Below, in pieces: positions 15,160-24,479 of a stretch of DNA of 64,000 bases; within the stretch, counting starts at the first letter, position 1, and each line of letters begins with the position of its first letter. The position numbers and the translations under genes are program-made. The notes below the pieces were generated by a model. That model saw nothing but the letters and a program-made list of their open reading frames with translations, made no database searches and had not been told where the DNA came from. Source of the stretch: a bacterium (GTDB lineage: Bacteria; Armatimonadota; Zipacnadia; Zipacnadales; UBA11051); the NCBI GenBank assembly GCA_021372615.1, contig JAJFUB010000018.1, forward strand, positions 8,193 to 72,192, written 5' to 3'.

Positions 15160-15335
15160 GGGCGGGAGAGGGAGAGGGCGGGGGTTGGCCCCCCCGGGAA
15201 GCGGGGCGGCAACGGCGGCCCACCCCCTGGCCCCCTCCGGAGACGCTGCGCGTCTCGCAGGGAGGGGGAACGGCAACGGCGACGACAAGGGCGGGGCCTG
15301 CGGCTCGTTCTGGGCCGCAGGCCTCTGCATGAGTG
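15160..15335. repeat. family-1 element plus an extra hairpin (GGCCTGCGGCTCGTTCTGGGCCGCAGGCC) after the capsid gene
   Basis: CCACCCCCTGGCCCCCTCCGGAGACGCTGCGCGTCTCGCAGGGAGGGGG. Confidence 0.75.
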
Positions 15336-15345
15336 GAGATGCGTG

Positions 15346-15729
15346 ATGAGACGGAAGCGATGGGCAGGACTGATTGCGGCAGTGTTGGTGCTGAGCTGTA
15401 GCGTCGGGCTGGCTGAGGATCTGGTGCTGTCGGTAGGGGCGGTTGGTGGGATCGCGCCGGATGGTGTGGTGGGGCCTGAGCTGTCGCTGCGGCTCCTGCC
15501 GCTGAAGGGCAGCACGACAGGACAGGGAACGCCATATCTGTGGCTCGATGTGGCGGCGACGACTGACGACTTCTCGCAGTGGGGCGTGATGACAGGACTG
15601 AGCGCGGACCTCGCGGCGGTGAGCAGTCTGACAGCCGGGATCGCACAGCGAGGCGGGTTCGGACGGGACTGGACGCGCGAGGTGTGGGTGCTGTATGTCA
15701 GCCGGAGCTTCTCGTCGCTGTTTGAGTAG
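15346..15729 (+). CDS. small secreted hypothetical protein (signal peptide)
   Basis: N-terminal MRRKRWAGLIAAVLVLSCSVGLA signal-peptide-like segment. GGAG RBS. Confidence 0.4.
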   Translation: MRRKRWAGLIAAVLVLSCSVGLAEDLVLSVGAVGGIAPDGVVGPELSLRLLPLKGSTTGQGTPYLWLDVAATTDDFSQWGVMTGLSADLAAVSSLTAGIAQRGGFGRDWTREVWVLYVSRSFSSLFE

Positions 15730-15762
15730 TACCGGCTTGCGGGAGTTCGCGTCACAAGGGCG

Positions 15763-15851
15763 GTGGGTGTCGCGGCGAGGACGCGCAGCGGTCTCCGAGC
15801 GGCGGCCCCACCGCTGGTCGTGGGGCCCGTCGCACACGACGCGACACCCAC
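15763..15851 (+). other. nested stem-loop structure (GGTGGGTGTCGCG...CGCGACACCCAC enclosing GGCCCCAC...GTGGGGCC) upstream of the LamG structural gene. Candidate structured RNA, attenuator or terminator.
   Basis: Two nested inverted repeats of 12 and 8 bp seen in sequence. The intergenic region spans 230 bp. Confidence 0.35.
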
Positions 15852-15958
15852 GACCTGTCACCGTTAGCATGCGAACCTAGTCAAGTCGGCACCAGGCCGG
15901 TGGCGAGGCGAGTCGGGACGAGCGGACGGACCGAGCTTGAGCGGAGGATCAGTCGAAC

Positions 15959-18900
15959 ATGCGTAAGCAATTCCTGTATCTGGATAAGGCAGGCTTCTAC
16001 TACAACGCGCCGGGCAACATCAGCATGGGCTCGGGAGCGAAGGGGAGCGTGTTCTTCTGGTACCATCCGGCGCCGTGGAACGACGGCAACCAGCCGGTCT
16101 GGGAGGCCACGTTCGACAGCAGCAACTACCTGCGGTGTGGCTTTACGGGCAACTCGCGCTTCAGCTTCGTGAGCTGCTCGAACGGCGTATGGTACGCCGC
16201 ACACTGGAACGACTTCTTTGTGAAGGACTACCAGCGCTGGCTGCCAGTGCTGTGCACGTGGGACTTCACCACGGCCGGCGCCGGACAGCTGCGGCTGTAT
16301 CTGGACGGCCAGGAAGCGCCGACGCAGTCGAACACCGCCGAGGCGCCCCTCGGCGAGGCTCTGCGGCTGTACCTGGGGGCGCGGTCGGACACCACGGCGG
16401 TGGGACTGGACGGGTACCTGGACAACATCGCGATATGGGACGGGGTCATGACGGCGACCCAGTACGCGGCGCTGACCCGGGGCGCTGCCACGTACGCCGA
16501 GCGGCAAGCGGCGCGACGACGCCTGCCCCGACAGAGCGACGGGAATGGGACGCTGACTTTCCTGGCACCGTTCGACGGGACGTTCGCGGCGCAGATCGCC
16601 GGGGGCGACCCGCAGGCGTACTGGATGGTGGGGGCCAGCGACTACCACCACTTCGCGCGGCTGGATGACGGCTCGCGGAGCCGGGGTCGGCGGCAGATGT
16701 TCCGGTTTGGCATCCCGCGTCACGATGATTCGGATGACGACCGGGTGCCGCTGCGCGCGGTGCTGGGGCTGCTGCGCGACCAGGGCGCGTCGCAGTACAC
16801 GACGCTCGTGGACCAGGCGACGCACTCGGAGATCAACGTCAGCCAGTACAAGGCGATCTCGGGCTATGGGCAGGGCGTGGGATGGCTGCGCTCGGCCATA
16901 GACCCCGGTGACCTGCCGTACCCGACGACGGTGCGCATGCGCGTGAACCTGCCGGATGCGACGAACCCCAAGAACACGAGGATCTGCCTGGGCCCGCTGA
17001 CGTACATCAGCGGCGGGATGCACGGGAACAACTTCACGACCTGGGGCACGGGCGAGAGCTTCATGGTCGTCGCCGACGCCGGGAACACCGCGGGGACGAT
17101 CAAGACGAGCCTGAGCGCCCGGACGGATGGATACTGGGCGGCGGCCGAGATCTCCATGCAGACGGGGGCGTGCGCCGGCTGCCGGCTGAAGGTGAGCGGG
17201 TACACGGCGAGCACCGGAGTGCTGACGCTGTCGGGGACGTTGCCGGCCACGCCGGCGGCGGGCGATGTGGGCGTGGTGGACTTCCGGGGCCGGCTGGTGC
17301 CGACCGGCAATCCGTGCGATGAGACCCAGAGCATGGAGGCGTGGCTGTGGGAGGAGTATGGGGAGGACAGGCCGTGGATCGAGCTGGAGGCGGTGTACGG
17401 GGCGACCAGCGGCTTTGGGATGGCGCGCTACCAGCGGGGCCGGTCCACATGGATGAACCTGACGCGAGCGAACGGCGGCCTGCAGGGCGCGTACCTGATG
17501 ATGGGGCGGAACGCCTGGGAGACGCCGGAGAGCTTCAGCTGCAACATCCTGATCGAGAGCCTGGCCATTGACGGGCCGGGCAGCTACCAGGTGATGTCGC
17601 CGGAGACGACGCGTTCGGGGCGGGGGTTCGAGCTGGCGGACCACTTCCTGCTGCGCGACATGGGCAACGGGCATAGCTGCCGGGTGTGGCGGGCGGAGAA
17701 CTGCGGGTGGAACAGTGCGGCCCCCACCGTGAACGCCGACGCGAGCACGGCGGTCGCGGACCTGCAAGTCGCAGGGACGTGGCGGGAGGAGGCCTTCTTC
17801 CACAGCGCAGTGCGGACAGGCGAGGGGACCGACGCGGTCGTGGCGGTGGTCAGAGGTACGAGTTCTGAGGGGATTGACCGGCTGGGATACGTGCGAGGGC
17901 AGTGGAATGCGTCCACCCAGCGCATCACCTGGCAAGACGAGACACCGCCGACGGGCAAGAGCAACCCGTTCCTGGACATGAGCCTCCTGCGGCCGTGGGA
18001 AAACCGTGACTCTACCTGGGGCCTGGAGGGCGACCCCGGGCTGGCGCGGATCTTCAGCAACGCGGGGAGCGAATGGGCGCTGCTGCTGGGCGGGAACGAG
18101 GACAACCCGGATCATTACTATGTGCGGGCATATCACGGCGCTCCGGACCGCTGGAGCTTTGACCCGCAGCAGCACTGGTGGCCTGAGAACCCGGTGGTGC
18201 CGGGGTTCGGGGGCGTGGACATGATGCCGCCGAGCGGCGGTGGGGTGAACTGCTTCGGCAACCGGGACGCGGAATGGATGGTGCTGCAGAACCCGTACGC
18301 GCGGGACGCGAGCCGGCGCTTCGCGGCCTACGCCCGGTTCAAGACGATCCTGCCGCTGACGGGGATGATCGGGGGCAACCGGCGCCCGTTGGCGGGGTGG
18401 ACCAGCCCAGACCTGAAGAGCTTCTTCCTGCTGCCCCATGGCAACAGCCTGTCGCCGCTGGGGATCGGCGAGGGGTTCACGATGTGCCCCTATGCCGTGA
18501 GCGATGACGTGATCGCGATGGTGGTGCAGTTCTACGGCGGCGTGGATCGGCTGTGGGCGTCGGATGATGACCGGCACTTCCAGCAGGTGATCTACAGCTT
18601 CATGCCCGACAGCAACCCGCTGGACGTGTTCCGGCTGGGCGACAGGCGGATCTACTACTCTGCTACCTCCGGCAGCGTCTTCAACCTAGCGTACCAGGAC
18701 TACAACCGCGAGACGTTCTACCAGCTCAGCTCGGGGCAGGTAAGCGGGACCCTGGAGACAGCAGCGCTGGTCAAGCCGGCGGACGGATGGGGCGGCCTGA
18801 TCGTGAACGTCGCGCCGCAGCAGGGCGCAGTGCGGGTCGAGGTGCTGAACGCCCTGACGGACGAGGTGGTCGCGGGGTTCGGCACCGAGGACTGCGACAG

Positions 18901-19369
18901 CCTGACGGACGGCGTGGAGCGCCAGGTGACGTGGGGCACGCTGGCGCTGTCGGAGCTGACGACCGAGGCGGTGCGCCTGCGGTTCGTGCTGACGCGGAGC
19001 AGCGCCGATGATACCTCGCCGCAGCTGTTCAGTTGGCAGATCGGGGAGGCGGAGGGCATTGCGGCGCCCCAGGTCAGCAGCCTGCAGGTGGAGGGTAAGG
19101 CGAACCCCACGGGGATCCTGGACGACACGCCAACGCTGAGCTGGAGCTATGCGGATGCGCAGGGGTACGCGCAGGCCGCCTACCAGGTGCTGGTGGCATC
19201 CAGCCAGGGCAGTCTGGACCTGAACGAGGGCGACCTGTGGGATAGCGGTGTGGTGGCGGGGCCGGCGACGTCGGTGGTGTATGCCGGCACGGCGCTGGGC
19301 GATGAGGCGATGTACTTCTGGAAGGTGCGGGTGCAGAACTCCGAAGGGGTGTGGTCCGAGGAATGGTAG
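15959..19369 (+). CDS. large phage structural protein with an N-terminal LamG/concanavalin-A-like lectin domain and a C-terminal rhamnosidase-N-terminal-like (FN3-like) domain. Candidate receptor-binding or fibre protein.
   Basis: LamG pattern (RLYLDGQEAP...GYLDNIAIWDGVMTATQY). C-terminal PTLSWSYADAQGYAQAAYQVLVASSQ...YFWKVRVQNSEGVWSEEW resembles the Bac_rhamnosid_N family. GGAGGA RBS. 1136 aa. Confidence 0.55.
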   Translation: MRKQFLYLDKAGFYYNAPGNISMGSGAKGSVFFWYHPAPWNDGNQPVWEATFDSSNYLRCGFTGNSRFSFVSCSNGVWYAAHWNDFFVKDYQRWLPVLCTWDFTTAGAGQLRLYLDGQEAPTQSNTAEAPLGEALRLYLGARSDTTAVGLDGYLDNIAIWDGVMTATQYAALTRGAATYAERQAARRRLPRQSDGNGTLTFLAPFDGTFAAQIAGGDPQAYWMVGASDYHHFARLDDGSRSRGRRQMFRFGIPRHDDSDDDRVPLRAVLGLLRDQGASQYTTLVDQATHSEINVSQYKAISGYGQGVGWLRSAIDPGDLPYPTTVRMRVNLPDATNPKNTRICLGPLTYISGGMHGNNFTTWGTGESFMVVADAGNTAGTIKTSLSARTDGYWAAAEISMQTGACAGCRLKVSGYTASTGVLTLSGTLPATPAAGDVGVVDFRGRLVPTGNPCDETQSMEAWLWEEYGEDRPWIELEAVYGATSGFGMARYQRGRSTWMNLTRANGGLQGAYLMMGRNAWETPESFSCNILIESLAIDGPGSYQVMSPETTRSGRGFELADHFLLRDMGNGHSCRVWRAENCGWNSAAPTVNADASTAVADLQVAGTWREEAFFHSAVRTGEGTDAVVAVVRGTSSEGIDRLGYVRGQWNASTQRITWQDETPPTGKSNPFLDMSLLRPWENRDSTWGLEGDPGLARIFSNAGSEWALLLGGNEDNPDHYYVRAYHGAPDRWSFDPQQHWWPENPVVPGFGGVDMMPPSGGGVNCFGNRDAEWMVLQNPYARDASRRFAAYARFKTILPLTGMIGGNRRPLAGWTSPDLKSFFLLPHGNSLSPLGIGEGFTMCPYAVSDDVIAMVVQFYGGVDRLWASDDDRHFQQVIYSFMPDSNPLDVFRLGDRRIYYSATSGSVFNLAYQDYNRETFYQLSSGQVSGTLETAALVKPADGWGGLIVNVAPQQGAVRVEVLNALTDEVVAGFGTEDCDSLTDGVERQVTWGTLALSELTTEAVRLRFVLTRSSADDTSPQLFSWQIGEAEGIAAPQVSSLQVEGKANPTGILDDTPTLSWSYADAQGYAQAAYQVLVASSQGSLDLNEGDLWDSGVVAGPATSVVYAGTALGDEAMYFWKVRVQNSEGVWSEEW

Positions 19370-20016
19370 CACAGGGCGTATTCACGACCGGCAACCTGAG
19401 TTCGTACTGTACGGCCGAGGACGTGGTCCGGGTCCTGACGGGCTATGATCTCGAGCCGCTCGGCGGCGAGGAGGAGCTGGTAGCCCGCGTGGCCGAGCTG
19501 CTCCCCCTGACGCACGGGATGGTGGACAGCAGCGCCGGGCGGGACTTCCGCTGGCACGCGGACCAGACGATCGTTGTGGACGGGAACGGGATGGATCGGC
19601 TCCTGCTGACCGAGGCCGCGGTGGCCCTGCCGGTGCAGGTGCGGGCGCTGCGCGTGGAAGGCACGACGCTCGAGGCGGAGGCCTACCACGCGTATCCCGA
19701 GACGGGGCTGCTGAGGCTCAAGCCACAAGCGACGCCGACACGGTTCCCCGCGGGCGTGCAGAATGTGGCGGTGGACCTGGACTGGGGGTTCGAGCAGACG
19801 CCCACGGAGATCGCGCTGGCCCAGGCGAAGCTGACCGCGGCGGAGCTGCTGGCGGAGCTGAGCGGCGAGGGCGGCGCCGTGCGGGAGACGCGGATCGGGG
19901 ACTACACGGTGCGGTACGCCGAGGAGGGTCGGTACGGCGCGGCGGTCCGGCGGCTGTGCGCCGAGGCGATGGAGTTGCTGCGGCGGTACCGGGTGGTGCG
20001 CGTGGCGGCGGTGTAG
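19363..20016 (+). CDS. hypothetical phage protein
   Basis: ATG overlaps the upstream stop (ATGGTAG), suggesting coupled translation within the structural operon. Confidence 0.4.
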   Translation: MVAQGVFTTGNLSSYCTAEDVVRVLTGYDLEPLGGEEELVARVAELLPLTHGMVDSSAGRDFRWHADQTIVVDGNGMDRLLLTEAAVALPVQVRALRVEGTTLEAEAYHAYPETGLLRLKPQATPTRFPAGVQNVAVDLDWGFEQTPTEIALAQAKLTAAELLAELSGEGGAVRETRIGDYTVRYAEEGRYGAAVRRLCAEAMELLRRYRVVRVAAV

Positions 20017-20018
20017 AC

Positions 20019-20190
20019 GAGGGCGGGGGTTGAAACCCCCGCCTGTCGGAAGCGTCCCTCCGGGATGCTGACGGAGGACGGCGACGGCAACGGCGTCCTC
20101 ACCCCTACCCCTCTCCCGCGCTACGCGCCGGAGAGGGGAACGACTGCAGCAGCGGCGGGCTACGGAGAGGGGAACGCCAACGGCGGAAGG
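20019..20190. repeat. family-1 composite element
   Basis: Module A GGGGGTTGAAACCCCCGCCTGTCGGAAGCGTCCCTCCGGGATGC followed by CCTCACCCCTACCCCTCTCCCGCGCTACGCGCCGGAGAGGGG. Confidence 0.8.
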
Positions 20191-20200
20191 GACTGCGAGT

Positions 20201-20548
20201 ATGGAGGATGTGAATCTGAGGATGGTGCTCAGTCAGGCGGCGTATGTGGACCGGGCCGAGACCGCTATCGGGACTGGACTTGATCCGCTCAGCCCGCGGT
20301 ATGCCAGAGACGCTGCGGCGCTGCCCGCGCTCGTACAGCCGCTGCGCGGGGACCTCGTGGTGACCGTGGCCGGGAAGCTGCCCGAGGCGACCCATGTGGT
20401 GTACCTCGAAGGCGGAGTGCAGCTCAGGCCGGGCGATGTGCTGGCCGTGGCGGAGGGTGCGTCGGAGAGGAAGTATGAGGTGCTGGACGTGGAGGATGAG
20501 GGAGGACAGGGGCACCATCTGCGGGTGGTCGTGAGGAGCAGGGGGTAG
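20201..20548 (+). CDS. hypothetical phage protein (possible head-tail adaptor size class)
   Basis: 115-aa ORF between two palindromic repeat islands, in the structural operon. Confidence 0.3.
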   Translation: MEDVNLRMVLSQAAYVDRAETAIGTGLDPLSPRYARDAAALPALVQPLRGDLVVTVAGKLPEATHVVYLEGGVQLRPGDVLAVAEGASERKYEVLDVEDEGGQGHHLRVVVRSRG

Positions 20549-20800
20549 GACGGCGGCCCACCCCCTGCCCCCTCCCCGCAGGGGAGGGGGAACGGCTAAT
20601 GGCGGCCTCGCCCGGCAGCGGAACGCGGGGGTTCAAGCCCCCGCCTGTCAGAAGCGTCCCTCCGGGACGCAGGACGGCGACGGCGGCCTACCCCGGCCCT
20701 GCGGGCTACCCCTCCCTGAAGGGAGGGGTAAAGGCAACGGCGGCTCAGCCTCTGGCCCCCCTCCGGAGACGCTGCGCGTCTCACAGGGAGGGGGGACGGC
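20549..20800. repeat. family-1 composite element (module C, module A variant GGGGGTTCAAGCCCCCGCC, module C twice)
   Basis: CCACCCCCTGCCCCCTCCCCGCAGGGGAGGGGG. CTACCCCGGCCCTGCGGGCTACCCCTCCCTGAAGGGAGGGG. GGCCCCCCTCCGGAGACGCTGCGCGTCTCACAGGGAGGGGGG. Confidence 0.8.
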
Positions 20801-20829
20801 ATGGCACACGATAGCATGCGGAGGGACGT

Positions 20830-21513
20830 ATGGGACTGGACATGTATCATCACAACGAGATCGCGCGGGCGCTGCGGATGCTGGTGCAGGGGGCGTCGGG
20901 GCTGACCGCGGATGCTGACGGCAGCGACCTAGTGAACATCGAGGCCAGCCCGCTCTTCGAGGTGGGGGCGGCGGTACGGTTAGTGGATGACCACGGCGTG
21001 ATCGAGAACCACACGGTGGCGGAGAGGCTGTCGGGGCTTCAGGTGCGGCTGGAGGCGCCCGTGGCGGGGGCGTTCACCGTGGCGGCCGGGGCGCGGCTGC
21101 AGCTCGCCACCGGGGCCGGAGCAGGGCTGAAGTGGGTAGCGCAGGGGCGCCCGGAACTGATGCCGCGGGCGCAGGCCATGCAGTTGCCGGCGGTGGTCGT
21201 CGAGCCGGTGTCGCTGGAGCAGCCGCCGCAGGCCGGGACGAACCGGACCTATCAGCAGGACTACACCTTCCACCTCTACTACATCCGCAAGATCGCGGAG
21301 GGGGAGCAGGCGAGTGTGGAGCTGCAAGACGAACTCGCCGACCTGTTCAACCTGGTGATGGCCGACCCGTACCTGGGCGAGACGTGCTGGCATGCGCAGG
21401 TGACCGGGGTGCAGATGCGGCCCCCGGAGGAGGAGAAGCTGCGGGCAGTCGCGCCCGGCGTGCAGGCGGTGCGGATGGAGGTCGTGGCGCGGCGGTCGGA
21501 GGTGTGGGGGTGA
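20830..21513 (+). CDS. hypothetical phage structural protein
   Basis: GGAGGGA RBS. 227 aa. Followed by a G-tract spacer. Confidence 0.4.
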   Translation: MGLDMYHHNEIARALRMLVQGASGLTADADGSDLVNIEASPLFEVGAAVRLVDDHGVIENHTVAERLSGLQVRLEAPVAGAFTVAAGARLQLATGAGAGLKWVAQGRPELMPRAQAMQLPAVVVEPVSLEQPPQAGTNRTYQQDYTFHLYYIRKIAEGEQASVELQDELADLFNLVMADPYLGETCWHAQVTGVQMRPPEEEKLRAVAPGVQAVRMEVVARRSEVWG

Positions 21514-21585
21514 GGCAGGGGCGAGGGTCGAGGGGCGAGGGTCAAGGGTAACGGCGACGGCGGAGGCGACGGCAGGGGCGACGGG
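21514..21585. repeat. G-tract spacer (GGCAGGGGCGAGGGTCGAGGGGCGAGGGTCAAGGGTAACGGC...) after the stop of 20830-21513
   Basis: Seen directly. Confidence 0.55.
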
Positions 21586-21659
21586 GACTGACACGGAGAG
21601 AGGCGATCTGCGGATCGGCTCTCTTCGCACTTCTGGTAGACGGCAAGGTGGTGCGGACA

Positions 21660-22562
21660 ATGGCAGTGGCACTGGCCCAGGAGGGCGCTTTCGGGTTTGG
21701 CTTGCAGACGCAACAGGGGACGGCTGTCGCGCCCAGTGTGTGGCTGCCGCTCATGGGCGGCGGCAACCGGGGCGAGACGCTCAAATGGCACAAGAACTAC
21801 GTGACGCTGGACATGGCGGACACGAACGACTTCGAGAGCCGGTACTTCAGCGTGGGCGAGTGGGTGGAGGGGCAGATCACCGTGCCCATGGTGCCCGGGT
21901 CGCTGACGGCCCTGCTGTCCTGGATCCAGGACCGAGACCAGGACAACCAGGGGAAGTGGGCGTCGCTGGTCGTGGACTGCGTGAATGAGGTCAAGCAGGT
22001 GACCGATGCCAAGGTGCGGCGGGTGACGCTGGACATGCTCAAGGGGCAGCCCGTGACCTGCACGCTCGACGTCGTGGCGCTCAAGATGCAGAGCGGGGCG
22101 GCGGCAGCGGTGACCATGCCGACGGCGGCGCCGTATCTGTACCGCGAGGCGATGGTGCAGATCGGCGATACCGGCGGCACGCTGGCGGAGGACGTGTCCT
22201 GCGAACAGATCCGCATCGTGATCGAGAACATGGTCGAGCCGCCGGCAGAGGGGCTGCGGCTGGTCAGCGGCGTCAACCCCCGGCACCTGTATAACCTCAG
22301 CGGCGTGCGGTGCCGCGGGGCCATCAGCCGCGACTTCGCGGACACGACGCTCTACGCCGACTTCGCGGCCGGGCAGGAGGCGGCGCTGCGGCTCGACCTG
22401 ACCCGCGGGGCCAGCACCGCGAGCATCTCCCTCCCGCGCGTGCTGTACACCGAGAGCGACCTGGGGCTGCCCGGCTCGCACGAGCAGCGGATCGTCGAGA
22501 CAGTGCAGTTCCTGGCACTCGGCAGTACGGATGGGCTGACGGCGCCGGTGGTGTTGGCCTAG
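21660..22562 (+). CDS. hypothetical phage structural protein (candidate major tail/tube protein by position)
   Basis: AAGGTGG RBS before the ATG at 21660. 300 aa. Positional inference only. Confidence 0.35.
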   Translation: MAVALAQEGAFGFGLQTQQGTAVAPSVWLPLMGGGNRGETLKWHKNYVTLDMADTNDFESRYFSVGEWVEGQITVPMVPGSLTALLSWIQDRDQDNQGKWASLVVDCVNEVKQVTDAKVRRVTLDMLKGQPVTCTLDVVALKMQSGAAAAVTMPTAAPYLYREAMVQIGDTGGTLAEDVSCEQIRIVIENMVEPPAEGLRLVSGVNPRHLYNLSGVRCRGAISRDFADTTLYADFAAGQEAALRLDLTRGASTASISLPRVLYTESDLGLPGSHEQRIVETVQFLALGSTDGLTAPVVLA

Positions 22563-22597
22563 CGGTCACCCCCGGCTCTGCCTGGTGGCGGGGAGGG

Positions 22598-22705
22598 TCG
22601 GCGGTTGAAGCCCCCGCCTGTGGGAAGCGTCCCTCCGGGACGCGGGACGGCAACGGCGTCCTACCCCCTGCCCCCTCCCTGAAGGGAGGGGGAACGGCAA
22701 CGGCA
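22598..22705. repeat. family-1 composite element (modules A, B and C)
   Basis: GGCGGTTGAAGCCCCCGCCTGTGGGAAGCGTCCCTCCGGGACGC. CTACCCCCTGCCCCCTCCCTGAAGGGAGGGGG. Confidence 0.8.
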
Positions 22706-23196
22706 TGCGGGATGCGGAAGGGTGGCGGTGGAGGGTGATGAGTTGGGCGGCGTGGGGTGACGGGGTTGAGGAGGCGGTGGTGGTGGAGGCGTCTGTTGAG
22801 ATCAGCGGGTGGGCGCGGAAGCCCTGGTTGAGGCTGCGGGCCCTGACTGAGGCGGAGGCGCTGGAACGAGAGAGCCTGGGGCTGGCGGAGGAGTATGAGC
22901 TGGTGAGCGGGGGCCTGCAGGAGCCCGCGGTGCGCGTGCGGCGGACGTATGACCTGCTCGTGATGGCTGAGTACGACTACGAGCACTGCGTCCTGGAGTT
23001 CTGCCTGCCGGAGCTGCAACGGGATGGGAGCGTGGCCGAACGGTGGATGGGGCGGGACGCTGAGCCCGGTGAGAAGGCGGCGTTCCTGGGACGGATGCAG
23101 CCGGCGATGGCGGAGTGGGTGCGCACCGAGATCGAGCGCGTGAACCATAGGCAGCCGGCGCAACGGGCGGCCATGGAGCTGGCGAAAAAAAACTGA
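22705..23196 (+). CDS. hypothetical phage protein
   Basis: 163 aa, acidic. Position is compatible with a tail assembly chaperone. Confidence 0.3.
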   Translation: MRDAEGWRWRVMSWAAWGDGVEEAVVVEASVEISGWARKPWLRLRALTEAEALERESLGLAEEYELVSGGLQEPAVRVRRTYDLLVMAEYDYEHCVLEFCLPELQRDGSVAERWMGRDAEPGEKAAFLGRMQPAMAEWVRTEIERVNHRQPAQRAAMELAKKN

Positions 23197-23234
23197 GGGG
23201 CCTCGCCCGCCAGGAGCATGGAACGGCGGCGGGG

Positions 23235-23519
23235 TTGGCGGAGGTGCTGGAGGGTGAGCTGCCGGCCCCGACCGTGCGTGTGCACGAGGGGGTGGACTTC
23301 ACCGACGCCCGGGAGGCGGCGGCGCTGCTGGGGACGGAGAAGCCAGTGGCTGTGCGCGTGCCGGCGTGGGCGCTGATGACGGTGGCGGTGCTGCGCGAGC
23401 TGTGGAGGCATGAGGTGACGGGGCAGTTGCCCGGAGGCAGGGCGTGCACGGAGCAGCCGGCGTGGAAGGTGGCGCTGTGGGAAGCGTACTGGCAGGCAAG
23501 GGGAGTGAGGCTGAGGTGA
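23235..23519 (+). CDS. hypothetical phage protein (candidate upstream ORF of a -1 frameshift pair)
   Basis: 94 aa. Its 3' end overlaps ORF 23444-24187, which lies in the -1 frame relative to it. Confidence 0.3.
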   Translation: MAEVLEGELPAPTVRVHEGVDFTDAREAAALLGTEKPVAVRVPAWALMTVAVLRELWRHEVTGQLPGGRACTEQPAWKVALWEAYWQARGVRLR

Positions 23520-24187
23520 GAGTACAGGCCACGATCAGTCCCCGCGCGCCGGCCCTGATGCTGCCCCGGTGGCTGCCGACTGGGGTCCGTGAGGCGCGCA
23601 GTGAGGCGGAGGCAGCGGCGGCGGAGGAGAGTGCGGAGGCGATCCAGGTCGCTGACGCACGGCCGAGGGCGGCGGGGGAGGGGGCGGCAGTGGGACGAGG
23701 GGCGCCAGGGAAGGCTCTCGCCCCGGGCAGTGTGGCCGAGAGGCTCACCCCCGGAGAAGGCGCCCCTCTCCCCCACTCCCGGGCGTGGCAAACGAGGCGG
23801 CGGGAGCTGACGGAGCTGCGCGAGAGGCTGCGGGCGCGGGCGATGCGGCGAGCGGCGGAGCCAGGCGGGCAGCGCGGGGTCGTCAGGCGCGGTGAGGCGG
23901 ACGAGGATGGGCGGAGTCTGGAAGGGCACGCTGTGCCGGACGTGGCGGCGGCGGCGTCCGTCGCGCCGCCGCCGAGCGCTGATGACGGCGGCCGCAGCGT
24001 GGCCGGAGGCTACGGCCATGGGGTGGCGGAGCGACGGCAGGTGACGCCGCTCGAGCCTGGAGGGCTCAGTGTGGCTGAGCGGGCTGCGGCAGGCGCGGCG
24101 ACCTGCGGCGGGCGTGAGGCAGCGGCGGCGATGCGGCGGGCTGTGTTTGACCACGATGGGGATGTGCGGCTGGAGCTGAGTCGGTAG
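23444..24187 (+). CDS. Ala/Arg/Gly-rich ORF, possibly the frameshifted extension of 23235-23519. It may be non-coding.
   Basis: Low-complexity translation, so a GC-driven spurious ORF is plausible. It is retained only because of the classic overlapping -1 frame geometry. Confidence 0.15.
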   Translation: MHGAAGVEGGAVGSVLAGKGSEAEVRVQATISPRAPALMLPRWLPTGVREARSEAEAAAAEESAEAIQVADARPRAAGEGAAVGRGAPGKALAPGSVAERLTPGEGAPLPHSRAWQTRRRELTELRERLRARAMRRAAEPGGQRGVVRRGEADEDGRSLEGHAVPDVAAAASVAPPPSADDGGRSVAGGYGHGVAERRQVTPLEPGGLSVAERAAAGAATCGGREAAAAMRRAVFDHDGDVRLELSR

Positions 24188-24274
24188 CGGGGTGGTGGTA
24201 GTAGGCGGCAGGCGAGGCGGGCAGGCGGGGTGGAGCCCCGTCCCGGCGCAGTCGGCGCGAGCGGCGCGGGAGGG

Positions 24275-24450
24275 GTCGGGGGTTGAAACCCCCGCCTATG
24301 GGAAGCGTCCCTCCGGGACGCGGACGGCGACGGCGACGGCAACAGCGACGGCGGCCTACCCCGGCCCTGCGGGCCACCCCTCCCTGAAGGGAGGGGTAGA
24401 GGCAACGGCTGCCTACCCCCTCCCTGAAGGGAGGGGGGAACGGCAACGAC
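24275..24450. repeat. family-1 composite element upstream of the large structural gene
   Basis: GGGGGTTGAAACCCCCGCCTATGGGAAGCGTCCCTCCGGGACGC. (GGCGAC)n. CTACCCCGGCCCTGCGGGCCACCCCTCCCTGAAGGGAGGGG twice. Confidence 0.8.
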
Positions 24451-24479
24451 GGGAGCTTGTGAGAGGCGGTGGCGATGGC

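Noticed and set aside
23444-24187. Ala/Arg/Gly-rich 247-aa ORF as an independent gene
   Set aside because: Low-complexity composition typical of GC-driven spurious ORFs. Retained only at very low confidence as a possible frameshift extension.
24192-24479. N-terminal 96 codons of the ORF-track entry 24192-27329 (also 34824-34934 and 47316 to about 48700 upstream extensions)
   Set aside because: These segments translate the palindromic repeat elements (GNGNG/PLP-rich). The genes more plausibly start at internal Met codons directly after the repeat.
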